DNA of 64,000 bases from Diplonema japonicum (GCA_964019335.1 OZ025714.1:124001-188000); one strand, 5' to 3'; positions 1 to 12,558 are shown, numbered from the stretch's first letter. Numbers and translations are program-made. The notes: generated by a model from the sequence alone, not told the origin.

Positions 1-824
1 AAGAAAAAAAAGAAGAAAAGTAACAAATAAATATAATATGGTGTAATAATTCCCCCAAAAAAAAAAGAAAGGTTTTTTTTTTTTTTTTTTTTCCAAATTT
101 TTCTTTTCCTTTTCCATTTTTTTTCTTTTGGGAAATTATTTCACATTTTTTTTTTTCTTTTTTCTTTTTCTATTGTGAATTGTAAAAAAAAAAAAAAAAA
201 AAAGGCAAAAGAAAAAGAAAAAAGAAAACTGGATAAGGGCGGCTTGCGTTTCAGAATTTCCTGAAGCTTCACCCCATCAAAAAAAAACCCCCCCCAAAAG
301 GAACGCACCTTACACAAAGACGCCTTTTCCGGTTTTTCTTTTTTTTTTTTTGTTCACAACCAAAACTCCTTGGATCTGTCGTTCGTTTCTCCCTATAGAT
401 TATATCCAGTCATTTTTTTTAAAAGCGAGAATCTTTGTTTCTTTTTTTTTCTTCTTTTTCTTCTTAAAAATAATTCACAATATAAAAAAAAAATTAACTC
501 TGTATAGGGCTTATTGATGGGGAAAGAGGTGCTGGCAACGGCCACCAAATAAAAAGAAAAAAAAAAAGAAAAATATAAAAGGCTAACGCACACTCGTAAG
601 GTGAACAGTTTTGGAAGAAAGAAGAGGAGATAAAAAAAAAAGAAAAGGAAGGAAACAAGAACCGGCGCACAAAATTTATTATTGGAAACAGAAAATAGTG
701 GACGAGTAAAGAAACAGGTTGTGTGTGGTGGTGGTGGTGGTGGGGGGGGGGAATCCTAAAAAAAAAAAAAAATCACCCATCTCTTTGTTTATTTTCTTCT
801 CTTTTCTTCACGCAAATGAGGAAA

Positions 825-858
<34 letters not shown>

Positions 859-1035
859 CTTTTAAACAAAGCCAAGGACTCGTTCTTTAAGAGGCACGTG
901 AGAGACAATAGTGAGGGGGGAGGGCGCCGAACATCCACAGCAAAGTGGACTGGAAGAAAGCTCAATACCTTCTTCCAATAGCCTATCCCCACCCTCGCTA
1001 AAACTTTTAAAAGGAATGAATAAGAAACCTCTTTC

Positions 1036-3084
1036 CTATTCCACAAGGGGTACATCATGCGCGTTCTCTATGAGTTCAATGTCAGCTTCTTGCTCTTCTT
1101 CCTCAATATCTTCTTCAAGTTGTTGAGGGGGCTTCTCACATTCTTCTTCTTCTTCTCCAGTCGAGGTATCCGCTTCCCCCTCAGCCTCGGTGTTACTCCT
1201 TTCCCCTGGCTGTATCAGCTGAAGCTCTTCACCGTCCGCACTCCCTGTAGGAGTAGGTGGGTGACGTGGGACCTCAGGGCTACTACTGTTTTGCTCCACA
1301 GGGACAACGACGACAGAGACACCAGTTCTGTTTTTTTTTTTTTTTTTTCTTTTTTTTTTTTTTTTCTCCTGAAAATACCTTTGATGTTCACCATCCTCAC
1401 CGTCGCTATCGTCATCCAGTAAAATCCTTCGGCGACACACGGGGCACTCCGGGTAGCGTCGTTGCACCTTGCCGATCTAACAAAAAAGAAAAAAGATATG
1501 GACAAAAAAAAAAAAAGAAAAAAAAAATACCTGGTACATAATATACTCTTTCATACAGGTATAGTGCAGTCTGTGCCCGCATTCGAACTGAGCACATCTT
1601 GCCTCTGTCAGATCGTTCAAGCACACGGAGCACTGTGAGATGGTGTCCTCCGGGTTGAGGTCGATGAGCAGCTTCTCCAGCAACGCCTCATATTTAAACT
1701 TATGCTTTTCAATGAGCTCAGACTCCAGCGTGTTGGGGTCCGACGGTCTCGCCCTTGAGCGGGGGACCTGGCGGTACATCATGATGACTATGGAAATGAG
1801 AAGGAACGAGAACCCCGAGAAGACCCACCACAGTGGGGGTGCTATCCTATACGGCCACTTGACGCCGAGGGAGTCCGAACAACAGCCCTTCTCGTAAAGG
1901 CAAGAATCGTAAGGTGCGTCAGTGCACCCACTCGGGTCTGTGAACAGACAGCCAAGAGGAAGCGATAGCCATGTTGTCTTGCAAGACCTTTTACAGTCAT
2001 CAGTGGCACAAGCTATCTTATCAAGAGGTGCATCATTGAAACAGTAGCACAGAGAGGAAGCAGGGTCCCACACCACATGGATGAACGACAGTGGGGCGCT
2101 GGAAGCACCGCCTAGGGTTGCGGCTGCTGGTGGGGCCTCGCCCACTGATGTTTCGTTAAATCCCGGTAGAAGTTTGTTTCCTGCAAAGCAGGTTCTAGCA
2201 CACCCTGCCAACGTCGGCTCTTCTAAGATTTTGTAATTTGAATCCACTGTCTTCCTGGGGACCACGCTGTACTGCTCAGCTACGGTTGCAACATTCAACA
2301 CGCAGGCTTCCCTTTTGTATGAGGTCTCATACGAGCCCAAGGCCCTTCCGTACTTTGCGGTGCATTTCTCGTTCTGCCCGTCCCAGCGCCCTTGGGTTGG
2401 GCTCGGGACCCAACCACTTTTTCTATACTTGTTGTCCCACTCCTCAGGGAGGCCTGTGTCGTAGCAACAGCCATTCCCGTACAAACAAGAATCTCTCGGG
2501 GCTCTAGTACACTTTGTGGGGTCTGTGAACAGACAGCCAAGAGGAAGCGAGAGCCACGTGGATCCACACGACACCATGCAGTCATCAGTGGCACAAGATA
2601 TCTTATCAAGAGGTGCGTCATCGAAACAGTAGCACAGAGAGGAAGCATGGTCCCACACCACATGGATGAACGACAGTGGGGTTCTGGAAGCACCACCTAG
2701 GGTTGCGGCTGCTGGTGGGGCCTCGCCCACTGATGTTTCGTTAAATCCCGGTAGAAGTTTGTTTCCTGCATAGCAGGTTCTAGCACACCCTGCCAACGTC
2801 GGCTCTGCTTCTATCTTGAAATTAGAGTCCACTGTCTTCCTGGGGACCACGCTGTACTGCTCAGCTACGGTTGCAACATTCAACACGCAGCCTTCCCCCT
2901 TGTATGAGGTCCCATACGAGCCCAATGCCCTTCCGTACCGAGCACTGCAAGTTTTGTTCTGCCCCTCCCAGTGCCCTTCCGTTGGGCTTGGGACCCAACC
3001 GCTTTTTCTATACTTGTTGTCCCACTCCTCAGATGCCACACATACCAAGAGTGCGACCACCACCCACAGACGTGGGTGGGCCAT
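1036..3084 (-). CDS. Type I membrane RING-H2 E3 ubiquitin ligase with duplicated Cys-rich (WSC/PAN-like) ectodomain; 3 exons (3084-1531, 1476-1379, 1327-1036), ~647 aa
   Basis: Signal peptide MAHPRLWVVVALLVCVAS from ATG 3084, two ~195-aa repeats, and TM helix LWWVFSGFSFLLISIVIMMY. The RING-H2 (CSVC..CGHRLHYTC..CPVC) is completed only by splicing ORF 1477..3189 to ORF 1036..1467. Acidic tail. Confidence 0.88.
1328..1378 (-). other. GT-AG intron, 51 nt, in-frame, no stop, poly(A)-rich
   Basis: AAG|GTATTT...AAAACAG|AAC; reads as YFQEKKKKKRKKKKKN if retained. Confidence 0.8.
1477..1530 (-). other. GT-AG intron, 54 nt, phase 0
   Basis: CAG|GTATTT...TGTTAG|ATC; removal joins the two halves of the RING finger. 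Confidence 0.92.
1861..3030 (-). repeat. Intragenic tandem duplication, 585-nt period (195 aa)
   Basis: EEWDNKYRKSGWVPSPT begins at 3030 and again at 2445, with high nucleotide identity through ..GCC. Confidence 0.95.
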
Positions 3085-5188
3085 CGTTTCCCTGTTTTCT
3101 GTTTTTTTTTTTTCTTCCAGCCAGGGGCAAGGTGGGGGGAGGCTCACAGAATATTTTGATGGGGGGGGGGAAGGGGAAAAGGGGAACAAAAAAAAGTGGA
3201 GAAAAAAAAGTGGGGGGGGAGAGCGGAGGGAAAAAAAGAAAAAAAAAAGTAGGGAAAGGAAGAGGAAGGGGCGAAAAAAAAAAAAGAGAAAAAAGAGGGG
3301 GGAAAAAAAACCGAGGAAAGATGGAACAGAAAAAAAAAAAAAAAAGTGATACTTCTTCTCGTCAGTTCAGTGCAAACCTCCTTTTCTTTCCGTTGTGTTT
3401 TTTTTTTTTTTTTTTTATTTATTATTTATATCATCACTAATTTCGCCTGTGACAGTTCATATAAATAAACAACGCTTTTACTTTTTTTTTCAAACCAAGA
3501 AAAGGAGGTAGCATGAAACATGGGACAAAAGGGAAAAGGGAGGCCGAGGAGCTAATAAATGCTCATTTCTTCTTCTTGCGAAAACGGGGTAAAGAGAATG
3601 AGTACACACACACAGGGCTACCGCAATAGGGGGGGGGGGGGGGGGGATATGACCGCCCAGGGAGCACACCTTAAGATGGAGAAAAAGTACGGGGTGAATA
3701 GATAAATTCCTTTTTGCTTCTTTTTTTCTTCTTATTCTCCACCCTGTCTGAAAAATGAGTTATGAAAATACCCAAAAGTTGAGCCCCCCCCCCCTTTTTT
3801 TCTTTCCCCGCCAAAAAACTCTCCTACTGCAAACCAGAGTCAGGTGGTGCGTGCAAGGAAACATGGAAGGGGGGAAATCGCCATTCTTTTAAAAAAAATC
3901 TTTTTTGCTTCAAAAAAAAAAAATAGGGAAGAAGGCGTTGTCGAAGCAGCTGGAGGAAGAAAAAAAAAGAAAGAGAGTGAATCAGTTAGTTTAAAAAAAA
4001 AATGAAAATGAGAAAGAAAAATAAAAGAGGGGAGGAGGGTAGAAGTTTTAACGAAGAGAAGGAGGTACATTCTTCTTGTTCTTTCCTTTTTTTTTGAAAA
4101 AAAAAAAAAAGAAAGAGCGGAAAGTGTTTGCACCGTACCCACTGGGAAAAAAAAAAAAAAAAAAAAGAATAGACAGCAAAGCTATAGCTCCAACTGCCGA
4201 CCGGTGTTTTCACCCTAGCTGTACTTTTTCTGCGCTTCCTACGCTACCTACCTTTTTTTTCCTTTTAAAACTTCCTATTCCTCATCTTTTCTTAGTTTTT
4301 TCTTTTTCTTTATTCAAAGGTCAGGGTACAAAGGGGGGGGAATAAAAACCACAAAAAAAAAGGAAAGAAAAAGAAAACTCCTGGGGCGAAACAAATAAAA
4401 ACGGGAAAGAAAAGGGGAGACTTTGGGCTGTCAATAATGTTTTGTTAGTAAACACCAAGGTACTACCTAGGCCTGAAGAATAAAAGAACTTTAAAAAAAA
4501 TTTTTCCTGCTTGATGAATGTTGCTCACTTTCTTAAGGGGCAAAAGAAGAGGAGAAAGGGGTGGGGGGGATAGCAAGAACTACCTGCAAACCACAAAAAA
4601 AAGTCTCGTGGCATAGGCGTCAACCCACCCCCCACCCCTGAAATAAAAAAAAAGAGATTTGAAGGAGAAAAAAAACGAGAATAAAAAAAAAAGTGAAATA
4701 AGAAAGGTAGCAAATAACAGAACAAAGTGGGCCCTATTATTTCCCCCTTCTCTTTTTTCTTTTCCTTAAAAAGAGAAAAAGAGAGAGGGGAAAAAAAAAG
4801 TGAAATTACTTTTTTTTTCCCTCCTCCTCTCCCCTTTTATTTTTTTACCTTCTTCATCGTGTTCCGTTCTCTTTATTTTTTTTCAACTTTTTTTCCCCCC
4901 GCATTTTCCCCCCCCGAAAACCTTCATTTTTTTCTTTTTTTTTTTTTTTTTTTTTTGCCTCTCCATCTTTCCTCAAGTGAGTTAAAAAAAAAAAAAAAAA
5001 AACGAAAGCCACACGTTGCACCATTGGAATATAAAAAAAAAAAAATCTCCGGAAGAAAAAAAATGGTTGGGGGGGGGGGGGGGGGGGGGGACATGGGAGG
5101 GGGGCGGACGGTCGAAGGGGGAAAACGGGATTTCTTTTTTTTTTTTTCACTCGGAGAATTTTGGGATCAATAAAAAAAAAAAAAAAAA

Positions 5189-8100
5189 TCACCACTCTTT
5201 CGATGAACTTGTCTTCTGATTCTCTAATGCGTAAACATCGTTGATGGCAGTTGTTTCATCGGCATCTTCATTGGTGTTTTCATGCTCGAAGTGCCACTCG
5301 TCGTGCGGGCCTCCTTCAACAGACTTAGGCCACCAGAATTTGCCCTTAAGGAGGAAACCGCAAGCCGGAACCAAGATAGTGGACAAGAGGAAGGTGTCAA
5401 GAAGCACAGAGGTCACCAGAATGATAGAGAACTGGTTCAGCGACACAACGTGGGAGAACAGAAGCCCACCGAACGCCACCGACATGATGACACCCGCACC
5501 GCAGATGGTAGACCCTACACTGTACAGCCCCTTGAGGATTGCCGCCTCATTGTTATAGGTCTTCCTGTACTCAGCGATCCTGGTCAGCATGAAGATGTCG
5601 TAGTCAATCGCAAGAGCAACGGTAATGGAAATAGCCATGGGAGGCACAGACCACGAAACACCTTCGTCTTTGAAATCACCATCAAGGTAGCTGTAGAACC
5701 AGCTGAACGCAGTGGTCTGGAAGAAGTAGTATGCCATCCTTTTTTTTTTTTTTTTTTTTTTTGTGAAATATGTTTCATACCCGAAAGCCGACCCAGTACT
5801 GTACACAATCGTGAAGGCCATGATAGGCGGGATCGCTGCGGACTTGAAGATGATCGATACAATGACCACCACCACCGCCACAAGAACGGCAAGCATGATG
5901 TACATGTTGTCATCAACGATCTGTGTTGGGTATTATTCTCCCAAAAAAAAAAAAATAATAATAATGCGCACCTTTCCAAAGTCGTACGGGATGGTGTTCC
6001 CACCAGCAAGGTACACGTTGATGCCCAGCTTCTTGTAGTGGTTGGTCTTGTTCGACATCATGGGCATCATCTGGTCCATCCAGTTGGAGGCGTCCTTCCC
6101 GGTAGGCTCGAAGGGTGTCGAGATACGGATGTACGTGGCGGAGGTCACCATCTGCTTCGACCAAATGCTTGCCACAGAGAACAGACGCATGTTGCCCTTG
6201 TTAGGGTGCTGCTTCGACGCCTCCTCAGCGAACGCCAGCCCGAACGAGTAAGGAAGCTGGCTAGGAATGTCGATCATGCACTCGTCAGGACGAGGTGGTG
6301 CAATGGCGAAGCACCTTGTCATGTTGTACGGCTGACCGGTGAACAATGTTACGTTAGATTCAGCCTGGGGGCAGCTGGTACAGTCAAAAGGGTTCTTAAC
6401 AGAACAACACCTGAATGGAGGGGGAACATGGCTCACACCAAGATCATCCATAATCTCACCAGCGTGCCACCAAACAGGCATCGAGGTCACACCCGAGAGG
6501 TACAGGTAAGGGTACTCATTGTGATCGTGCGACCATGTCCCGATCTTGGTATCGTGTGCTGTGCTTGTGACAACGTCCTCGATCACGCTGAAACCCTCGG
6601 GGGTCTCGAAGAAACCCAGTGCCGCGTCCGATGAGAACTCAGGCTCCTCCACGAAGTACCCTTCAGATGTGATGTCTTGTTCCACCACAAGGTAGTACTG
6701 CTGGAATGCACCGGGGGGGAAGTTCTTCGCCATGGACCTCCATGTCCTCGCGGAGTTGGCGTTCCTCGGCACGAAGGAGAAGGGGTCAAGACTGGTCTCC
6801 AGCGCACCGAACCTCACGTACAGGAACGCGAACAGAACAGAGCCCACAGCCACAATGGGGATCGGGTAGCGTTGGATGAACTTCCCGATCTTGAACCACC
6901 TTGAACGGGACTGCGCGGCCTTTTCCTTCTCGAACTCAATCTGCGCCTCGTTCTGAACACCCTCGTTAAAGCCCTCGTCGTCATCCTTGCAGTACCTTTC
7001 CTTGATGCACTTCGGCATCTTTACAGGAACGGCGAAGAAAGTACCGAAGACAGCAAGAATGGCAGGAGTGAGCGTGATGTTCACAGCGACAACAAGCGCA
7101 ATGGTCAGCCCGCAGCAGATACCAGTCGAGATAAGCGCCTCGCACGGGATGATCGCCATCGAGAAGAAGGCAAGCGACACAAGCGAACCAGACCCAAGCA
7201 CGGTCTCCATGGCAGTGTGAGTGATCATAAGATGCAGGTTCTTGAAGAGCCCGTAGCCAAGGTCGTAGTTCTCCCTGAACCTCATGAGAAGGAACAGGTT
7301 GTAATCGATGTTCAGGGCAAGCGTGGCGGACATCATAAGCTGGGGTGTCGTGGACTGCACCTTCATCGCGAGAGCAACAGGGTACGCCGCAGAGAAACCA
7401 GCACCAATACAAATCCCGATGGTTATACCAGGCACAATCATAAGCCTCCACGACTGCAGGAAACAAGCAAGGATCGCAAAGGCAATGGGAATAACAATAG
7501 TGTCCGCCTTGGCTGCGTCCTTGATGGTACCAGTTCGCGCGTCGATTTGAAGGACCTTTTGCCCGGTGATGTCAGCAGCGAACTTGTTGTCGAACAGGTG
7601 GGAGAACTCAGAGATAGAGTCACGGAGGAAATCCACAAAGTGAACATAAGGCGACCCGTCACCAGTAGACCCAGGGTTCAGCAGAGTGATGATCATCACT
7701 GTGGACTTGGAGTTGTTTGACAAAGCCTGGTTGGCGAGACTGTTGTTCATTGCGGTGAGGCTGAAGTAGCTGGAGACGCCGGTTGTAGGGTTGATATCGA
7801 GCTGATCGGCGTTGGAAAGGTTGTTTTTGTAGATGGCTTCGCTCATGTTGCCCATGAAGTAAGCCATGTTGGAGTCGAGGGCAGTGTCGATAACTTCGTC
7901 CGCTGTTGACTCTACAACGAGCACGATAATGCTGGATGCTTCAGTCGCCGCCCAATGTTTGTTCATAGCGTCCTGTGCGTGTGCGCTCTGGTGGCCGGCA
8001 GGGGGGTCGAACTCCAATGACGTCTCGCCCTGCAGCTTCGGCGCCATCACCGCAAACATCGGGCACAAGCATAACCAGAAACAGATAATCCCAATCGCCA

Positions 8101-8227
8101 CCTTCCTCCAAAACGGGGGGATCGTCCCCTTTTTGCTCACAGGCCCTCCGAAAAATTCGAAATCGCTGCACCCCGGGATTTTCTGCCAGGGTTTCTCCCC
8201 CTGACCGATTTCCTCGTATCCTGGCAT
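5189..8227 (-). CDS. MMPL/RND-family multi-pass transporter; 3 exons (8227-5972, 5920-5781, 5738-5189), ~981 aa
   Basis: Two MMPL-like halves with ALNIDYNLFLLMRFRE and ALAIDYDIFMLTRIAE, plus GSTICGAGVIMSVAFGGL and about 12 hydrophobic helices. ORFs 5933..8227 and 5189..5905 share a frame and are joined by an intron. Confidence 0.9.
5739..5780 (-). other. GT-AG intron, 42 nt, in-frame, no stop, poly(A)-rich
   Basis: CGG|GTATGA...AAAAAG|GAT; removal restores TM segment STGSAFGMAYYFF. Confidence 0.88.
5921..5971 (-). other. GT-AG intron, 51 nt, phase 0, contains stop
   Basis: AAG|GTGCGC...CAACACAG|ATC. Confidence 0.9.
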
Positions 8228-9839
8228 TTTTTTTTTCTCTTTTTTCTTTTTTTTTTATACCCCCTTTCCTACCTTTTTTTTTTCTTTTTTTCTTTCTTGA
8301 AGGAAAACAAAAAAAAAGGGAAGGGGGGAAGCGCTGGGACAGGGAGATAAAAGAAAAAGAAGAAGAAAAAAAAAAGACACTTCGAAGTGGTAGTGGGGGG
8401 ATGGGGATCTTTTTTTTTTTTAAAAAGAGGGGGAGAGAAATCTGGGAATGGAAAACAAAAAAGGGAGGGGGTAAAAAAAAAACGGGGGGGATTGGTATAA
8501 AAAAATCGTTTTCTTTTGTTGCAAGTAGAAAGATTGTGTGGATTTTGGAAAATGCTCTTTTTTTTTTTTATTTCTTTCTTTTTTTTTTTCGCCCTCCCCC
8601 TTTTTTTTTGTCTATTCTCGAACTGGGACGAAAAAAAAAAAAAAAAAACGATTTTTGTTAAAATGAAACCTTTTTTTATTTCTTTTCGGAAAGGAGTGTA
8701 AAAAAACAAAACAAAAAGTTTCATTATGATGGGAGGGGGGGGAGGAGTGCTAGCAAAGCTAGACGACCCACCAAGAAAAGAACAGAAAAAAAAAAAAAAG
8801 AAACCCCTTTCCACACATACCTCCCCGTGTGTTAATATAGAACGTAAAATTTGGCAAAAAAAAAAATCTTGGAGCAGGAAAAAAAAAAGGGGGAAGGAGG
8901 GGGTCAAAGACTGGCAAAGCTCGAAGTCCCAGAATTTCGAGGGCAAAAAAAGGGAAAAAGGTACACTTTTTGAAACTTTTTTTTTGGGGGGAGGGTGCCA
9001 CCTAAAGGGGACTTCCTTCAGTGCCAATCTAGTCACTCATAACAAAGGAAGAAAGAAACGTAAAAAAAAAAGGGGGGTGAAAAGAGACGAGGAATTCTTA
9101 CTTCGAGGCAAGTGCTTCTTTTTTTTTACAGTGTATCCAATAGGGCTTTAAAAGCGGTTTCAAAAAATTATGCTGAGGTGGCATTGAGTGTAAGCGGTTT
9201 CCCCCAAGTTGTAGGGCGAACCAGTTTAGTTAAAGAAAACTCTAGCCAAAAAGAACCCTTTTAGAATCTTACACCGATTGCCTGGGGGTCTTTTTCCTCC
9301 CAAAATGAAAAAAAAAAAAATAAATAAAATTGTCAAAAGAAAGACCTGGAACCCAACCCCCCCCCTCCTCCCTGAACGTAAACAGAAAACAAAAAAAAAA
9401 ACTTTTTAATAATATCACAGCCAGGTTTACCTCCGGTGTTGAAAAAATGAGATCGAGAAAAAAAAAATAGAATACCGTAACACGTAAACCAAGAGAGAAG
9501 AGGAAAAAAAAAAAAAAAAAGACAAAAAAAAAGAAAACGACAGTTGAACGTACTGGTTATAACCCAAACCACGTTTTATCCCTTCCCCTATGTGCCAAAA
9601 GATTAAAAGGAAAGGGAAGGAATAATAATAAAAAAGACGGGAATGGGGGGAAAATAAAAAGGTTCAAAATACAAAAAGTGTAAAAAAAAAAAAACCCCAA
9701 CCCCCCCCATCTTTGAAAACAAAAATTGGAGCCTTTTATTGTACCTTAAAAAAATTATTATAATTCAAAAAAAAGGAGGGGGGGAAAAAATTCACACTCA
9801 CACTTTTTTTTTTCTTTTCTTTTTTTTTTTTTTTTTTTT

Positions 9840-11414
9840 TTACTGTTTCTTGCGAAGTCCAAGCATGCCCTGCAAAGGCTGGGATTGCAAACGGGGTTCA
9901 GGGGAGGTAGGCAGGGTGGTCCAGTCAAGGATGGTACCGGACTGCGCTGAGAGAAGGCCGCCCTGCGGCAGGGATGTTACCTGCGTCTTGACCACAAACT
10001 CGGCTTTTTCGTTGCACAAGTTGTGGATCTGGACCTCGTAGCCAATAAGGTCTGTGAACGTATCACTGAAGAAGGAGTAAAGCTTCCTGAGATCACCCCC
10101 AGAACCAAGAGCATCTGTGAAGCAAGCAGACTTGAAACCCTTCAGCTTATCCTCGTCGCTGACCAGTCTAGAGACGTACCTCATGGCATCGTTGGGGTGC
10201 TTCTTGTCAACAGGGAGGTCGTTCGGGATCACAGTCTCGTCCAGTGCCTTCACCTCCGCCTTGTGGTCCACACATGTGAGGTACATGAAAGGCTCGCCCG
10301 CCCAGTTCCATTTCCCGTACTGCACGTGCAAGGTTTTTGGTGCCTTGAGCACTCTCAGTACGCTGCTGAGGTCCTGGTGGAACGCGTTCAACTCGCCAGC
10401 CTGAAGCCCGCTGAACGAGGTGGCTGTAGTGCAGTTAGCAGGCTTGATCACAAACTGCATTGCTGCGCGGCTGGGGTCTTTCGGCCTTGGTGCACGCTGC
10501 TCAAATGCCAGGTTGTTGAGCGCCCTCCCCGTCAGCCTCTTCAACGCGTTCATGAGCCTCACATCCCCTGAACCCGAAACCGAACCCGTAGGCTCCGCCA
10601 GAACAGACGCACCAGGCCTCAGCTCATCGAAGTTCACGCTCCTCCCACCTGCAATCTTGATGATAGGTGCTGTGGATGCCGCGGGTGGCGGTGTAGGGGT
10701 TGCCTGTTGCTTCTGCGGTGCCTGCTGCTGCTGGTTCTGAACAAGCGCTTGCAGTTGTTGTTGTTGCTGCTGCTGCTGCATCTGGAGGAGTTGCATCTGC
10801 ATCGTCTTTCGCTGCTGGAGCTCCTTCAGGGCACGCAGGGCCTCAGGCGACGTGGGCAGAGTGGCCTGCTTCTGGTGCTGAAGGTGTTGGTGCAACTGGT
10901 TTTGTTGTTGGAGCTGCTGGGTGAGCTTTTGTATCTCAACCTGCTGCTGTTGGTGGCGGTGGTACACCTGGGCTGCTTGGGATGCCTGTGCCTGTTTGAC
11001 GAGAGCCTCGACGGCGTTGGGCTGATGCTGTTGCTGTTGCTGTTGTTGCTGTCGCTGCAGCTGGGTCACCTGGGCAAGCATCTGCTGCTGCTTCTGCGAG
11101 GCCAAGTACTGTTGCGCGAGGTACAGATTCATGCCCGGGGCGTTGGAGGTAGGGGGGTACACACTGCTGTTCGGGATTTGCCGGTTCATAGATATGCCCG
11201 GGTCGGCACTAATGTGGGGCCTGCCACCACCACCTTTGTGCTTGTTGGTCACCTTCCTCTGCTGTTCCCCCGAGGGCTGGAACGCTGGCGCATCAATGTT
11301 TAGTCTAAAATCCTCGTCCTTCTTCGTCTCCTCTTTTTTCTCTTCCTTTTTCACCTCTTCTTTCTCTCCCTGTTCCTTCACCTCCTTCTCCGGTTCTTTT
11401 TTCTCGTCAGCCAT
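9840..11414 (-). CDS. PAM2-motif, polyglutamine-rich protein with globular C-terminal (possibly HIT-like) domain, 524 aa
   Basis: LNIDAPAFQP fits the PAM2 consensus LNxxAxxFxP; long Q-rich middle; GC-rich coding-like composition. Confidence 0.8.
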   Translation of the reverse strand: MADEKKEPEKEVKEQGEKEEVKKEEKKEETKKDEDFRLNIDAPAFQPSGEQQRKVTNKHKGGGGRPHISADPGISMNRQIPNSSVYPPTSNAPGMNLYLAQQYLASQKQQQMLAQVTQLQRQQQQQQQQHQPNAVEALVKQAQASQAAQVYHRHQQQQVEIQKLTQQLQQQNQLHQHLQHQKQATLPTSPEALRALKELQQRKTMQMQLLQMQQQQQQQQLQALVQNQQQQAPQKQQATPTPPPAASTAPIIKIAGGRSVNFDELRPGASVLAEPTGSVSGSGDVRLMNALKRLTGRALNNLAFEQRAPRPKDPSRAAMQFVIKPANCTTATSFSGLQAGELNAFHQDLSSVLRVLKAPKTLHVQYGKWNWAGEPFMYLTCVDHKAEVKALDETVIPNDLPVDKKHPNDAMRYVSRLVSDEDKLKGFKSACFTDALGSGGDLRKLYSFFSDTFTDLIGYEVQIHNLCNEKAEFVVKTQVTSLPQGGLLSAQSGTILDWTTLPTSPEPRLQSQPLQGMLGLRKKQ

Positions 11415-11721
11415 ATTGCTATTTCTTTTCTTTTTTTTTTTTTGGCAAATTCCCCTCTGTCCTTTTTTTTTTTTTTTCTTCCAAAGATTGTTCCCCCTTT
11501 TTTACCTTTTCTAAATCTAAGAAAAAAAAAAAAAAACGGAAAAAAAAAAGAAGATATTTTTGCTACTTAGCTTTATCTCTTTCTTTTTTTTTTTTTTTTT
11601 CCTTTCCCTTTGTTCTTCATTTTCCAAACCCTTTCGTTGCCCGTATCCTAATGAAAAAGAGATAGCAAATCTTTTTTCTTCTCCCCTCCCGTCTCAAGTA
11701 TCTCATAGGAAAAAAAAAATC

Positions 11722-11864
11722 CTCAAAGTACAGGACAAGCCTCCTGCTAGAGGGCTGCCCTATGGGATGCGGGGGGTTTATCCCATCGAGGCTGCGAGCG
11801 TCTTGCGGAGTTGAGTGATGCGGTTTCGCTTGTAGAAGAAGAAGGCTTTCAGTTCATCAGCTTG
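11722..11864. repeat. Dispersed repeat family B (retroposon-derived), internally deleted copy
   Basis: Matches 28680-28853 (ctcaaagt.caggacaa..., gagcgtcttgcggagt..., ggctttcagtt.catcagcttg). Confidence 0.85.
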
Positions 11865-12025
11865 CCCTTGAGAAAAAAAAAAAAAGAAAAAAAAAACTAC
11901 AAAAAAAAATGTTCGTTTTTTTTTTTTTTTTTTTTTTTTTTTTTGTTCTGTTCTTCTTCTTTTGAAGAAGAAAAAAAGGAAAAAAAAAAAAAAAAAAATA
12001 CACTGGGGGGAAAAAAAAATTTTTT

Positions 12026-12457
12026 TTAGTTGTTCATTGCCGCTCCACCTGCCTTGTCTACAGGCGCAAGAGGCTTCCGTGGAAGAGGTAAAGGAGGAAG
12101 CGTGGCATTGTGGACTGTGAGGTTAAGAGTTGTGGCACTCCGTTGTGGAGGCAGAGGTGGTTGAGGAGCGGTTGTTGTTGATGCATTGTGGTGGACAAAA
12201 AAGCTGGAAAACATCTCCCCATAGGTTGACACATGGTGCCCATTATGCTCTTCATGCTGAACACCGGGGTGCGGCTCTTCTGTAGCATACCGCAAGCCTC
12301 TCAGTATAATCACACATATTGCTATTATAATAACCCGAAACCACGGCAGCCTTCTCCCAGGCTGCTTGGCTGCTGCGGTTTGTGGCGACCCGGCAACCAT
12401 CTCGGGGGTCACGTTGCTGCCTGGAAACAGGCTGGGCCGCCGGAATTCATTTCGCAT
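12026..12457 (-). CDS. Small single-pass membrane protein, 143 aa, unknown function
   Basis: Hydrophobic VIIIAICVIIL, then a His/Pro/Thr-rich region with N-x-S/T sites; co-oriented with the array. Confidence 0.65.
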   Translation of the reverse strand: MRNEFRRPSLFPGSNVTPEMVAGSPQTAAAKQPGRRLPWFRVIIIAICVIILRGLRYATEEPHPGVQHEEHNGHHVSTYGEMFSSFFVHHNASTTTAPQPPLPPQRSATTLNLTVHNATLPPLPLPRKPLAPVDKAGGAAMNN

Positions 12458-12558
12458 TTAAAAAAAAATAAATAGATATGACGGGGTATCCCCCCTCTCC
12501 CCTCCTGTAATATCGGTTATTGTATTTGAAAGCAAAGGGAGGGTAATAAAATCAGTCA

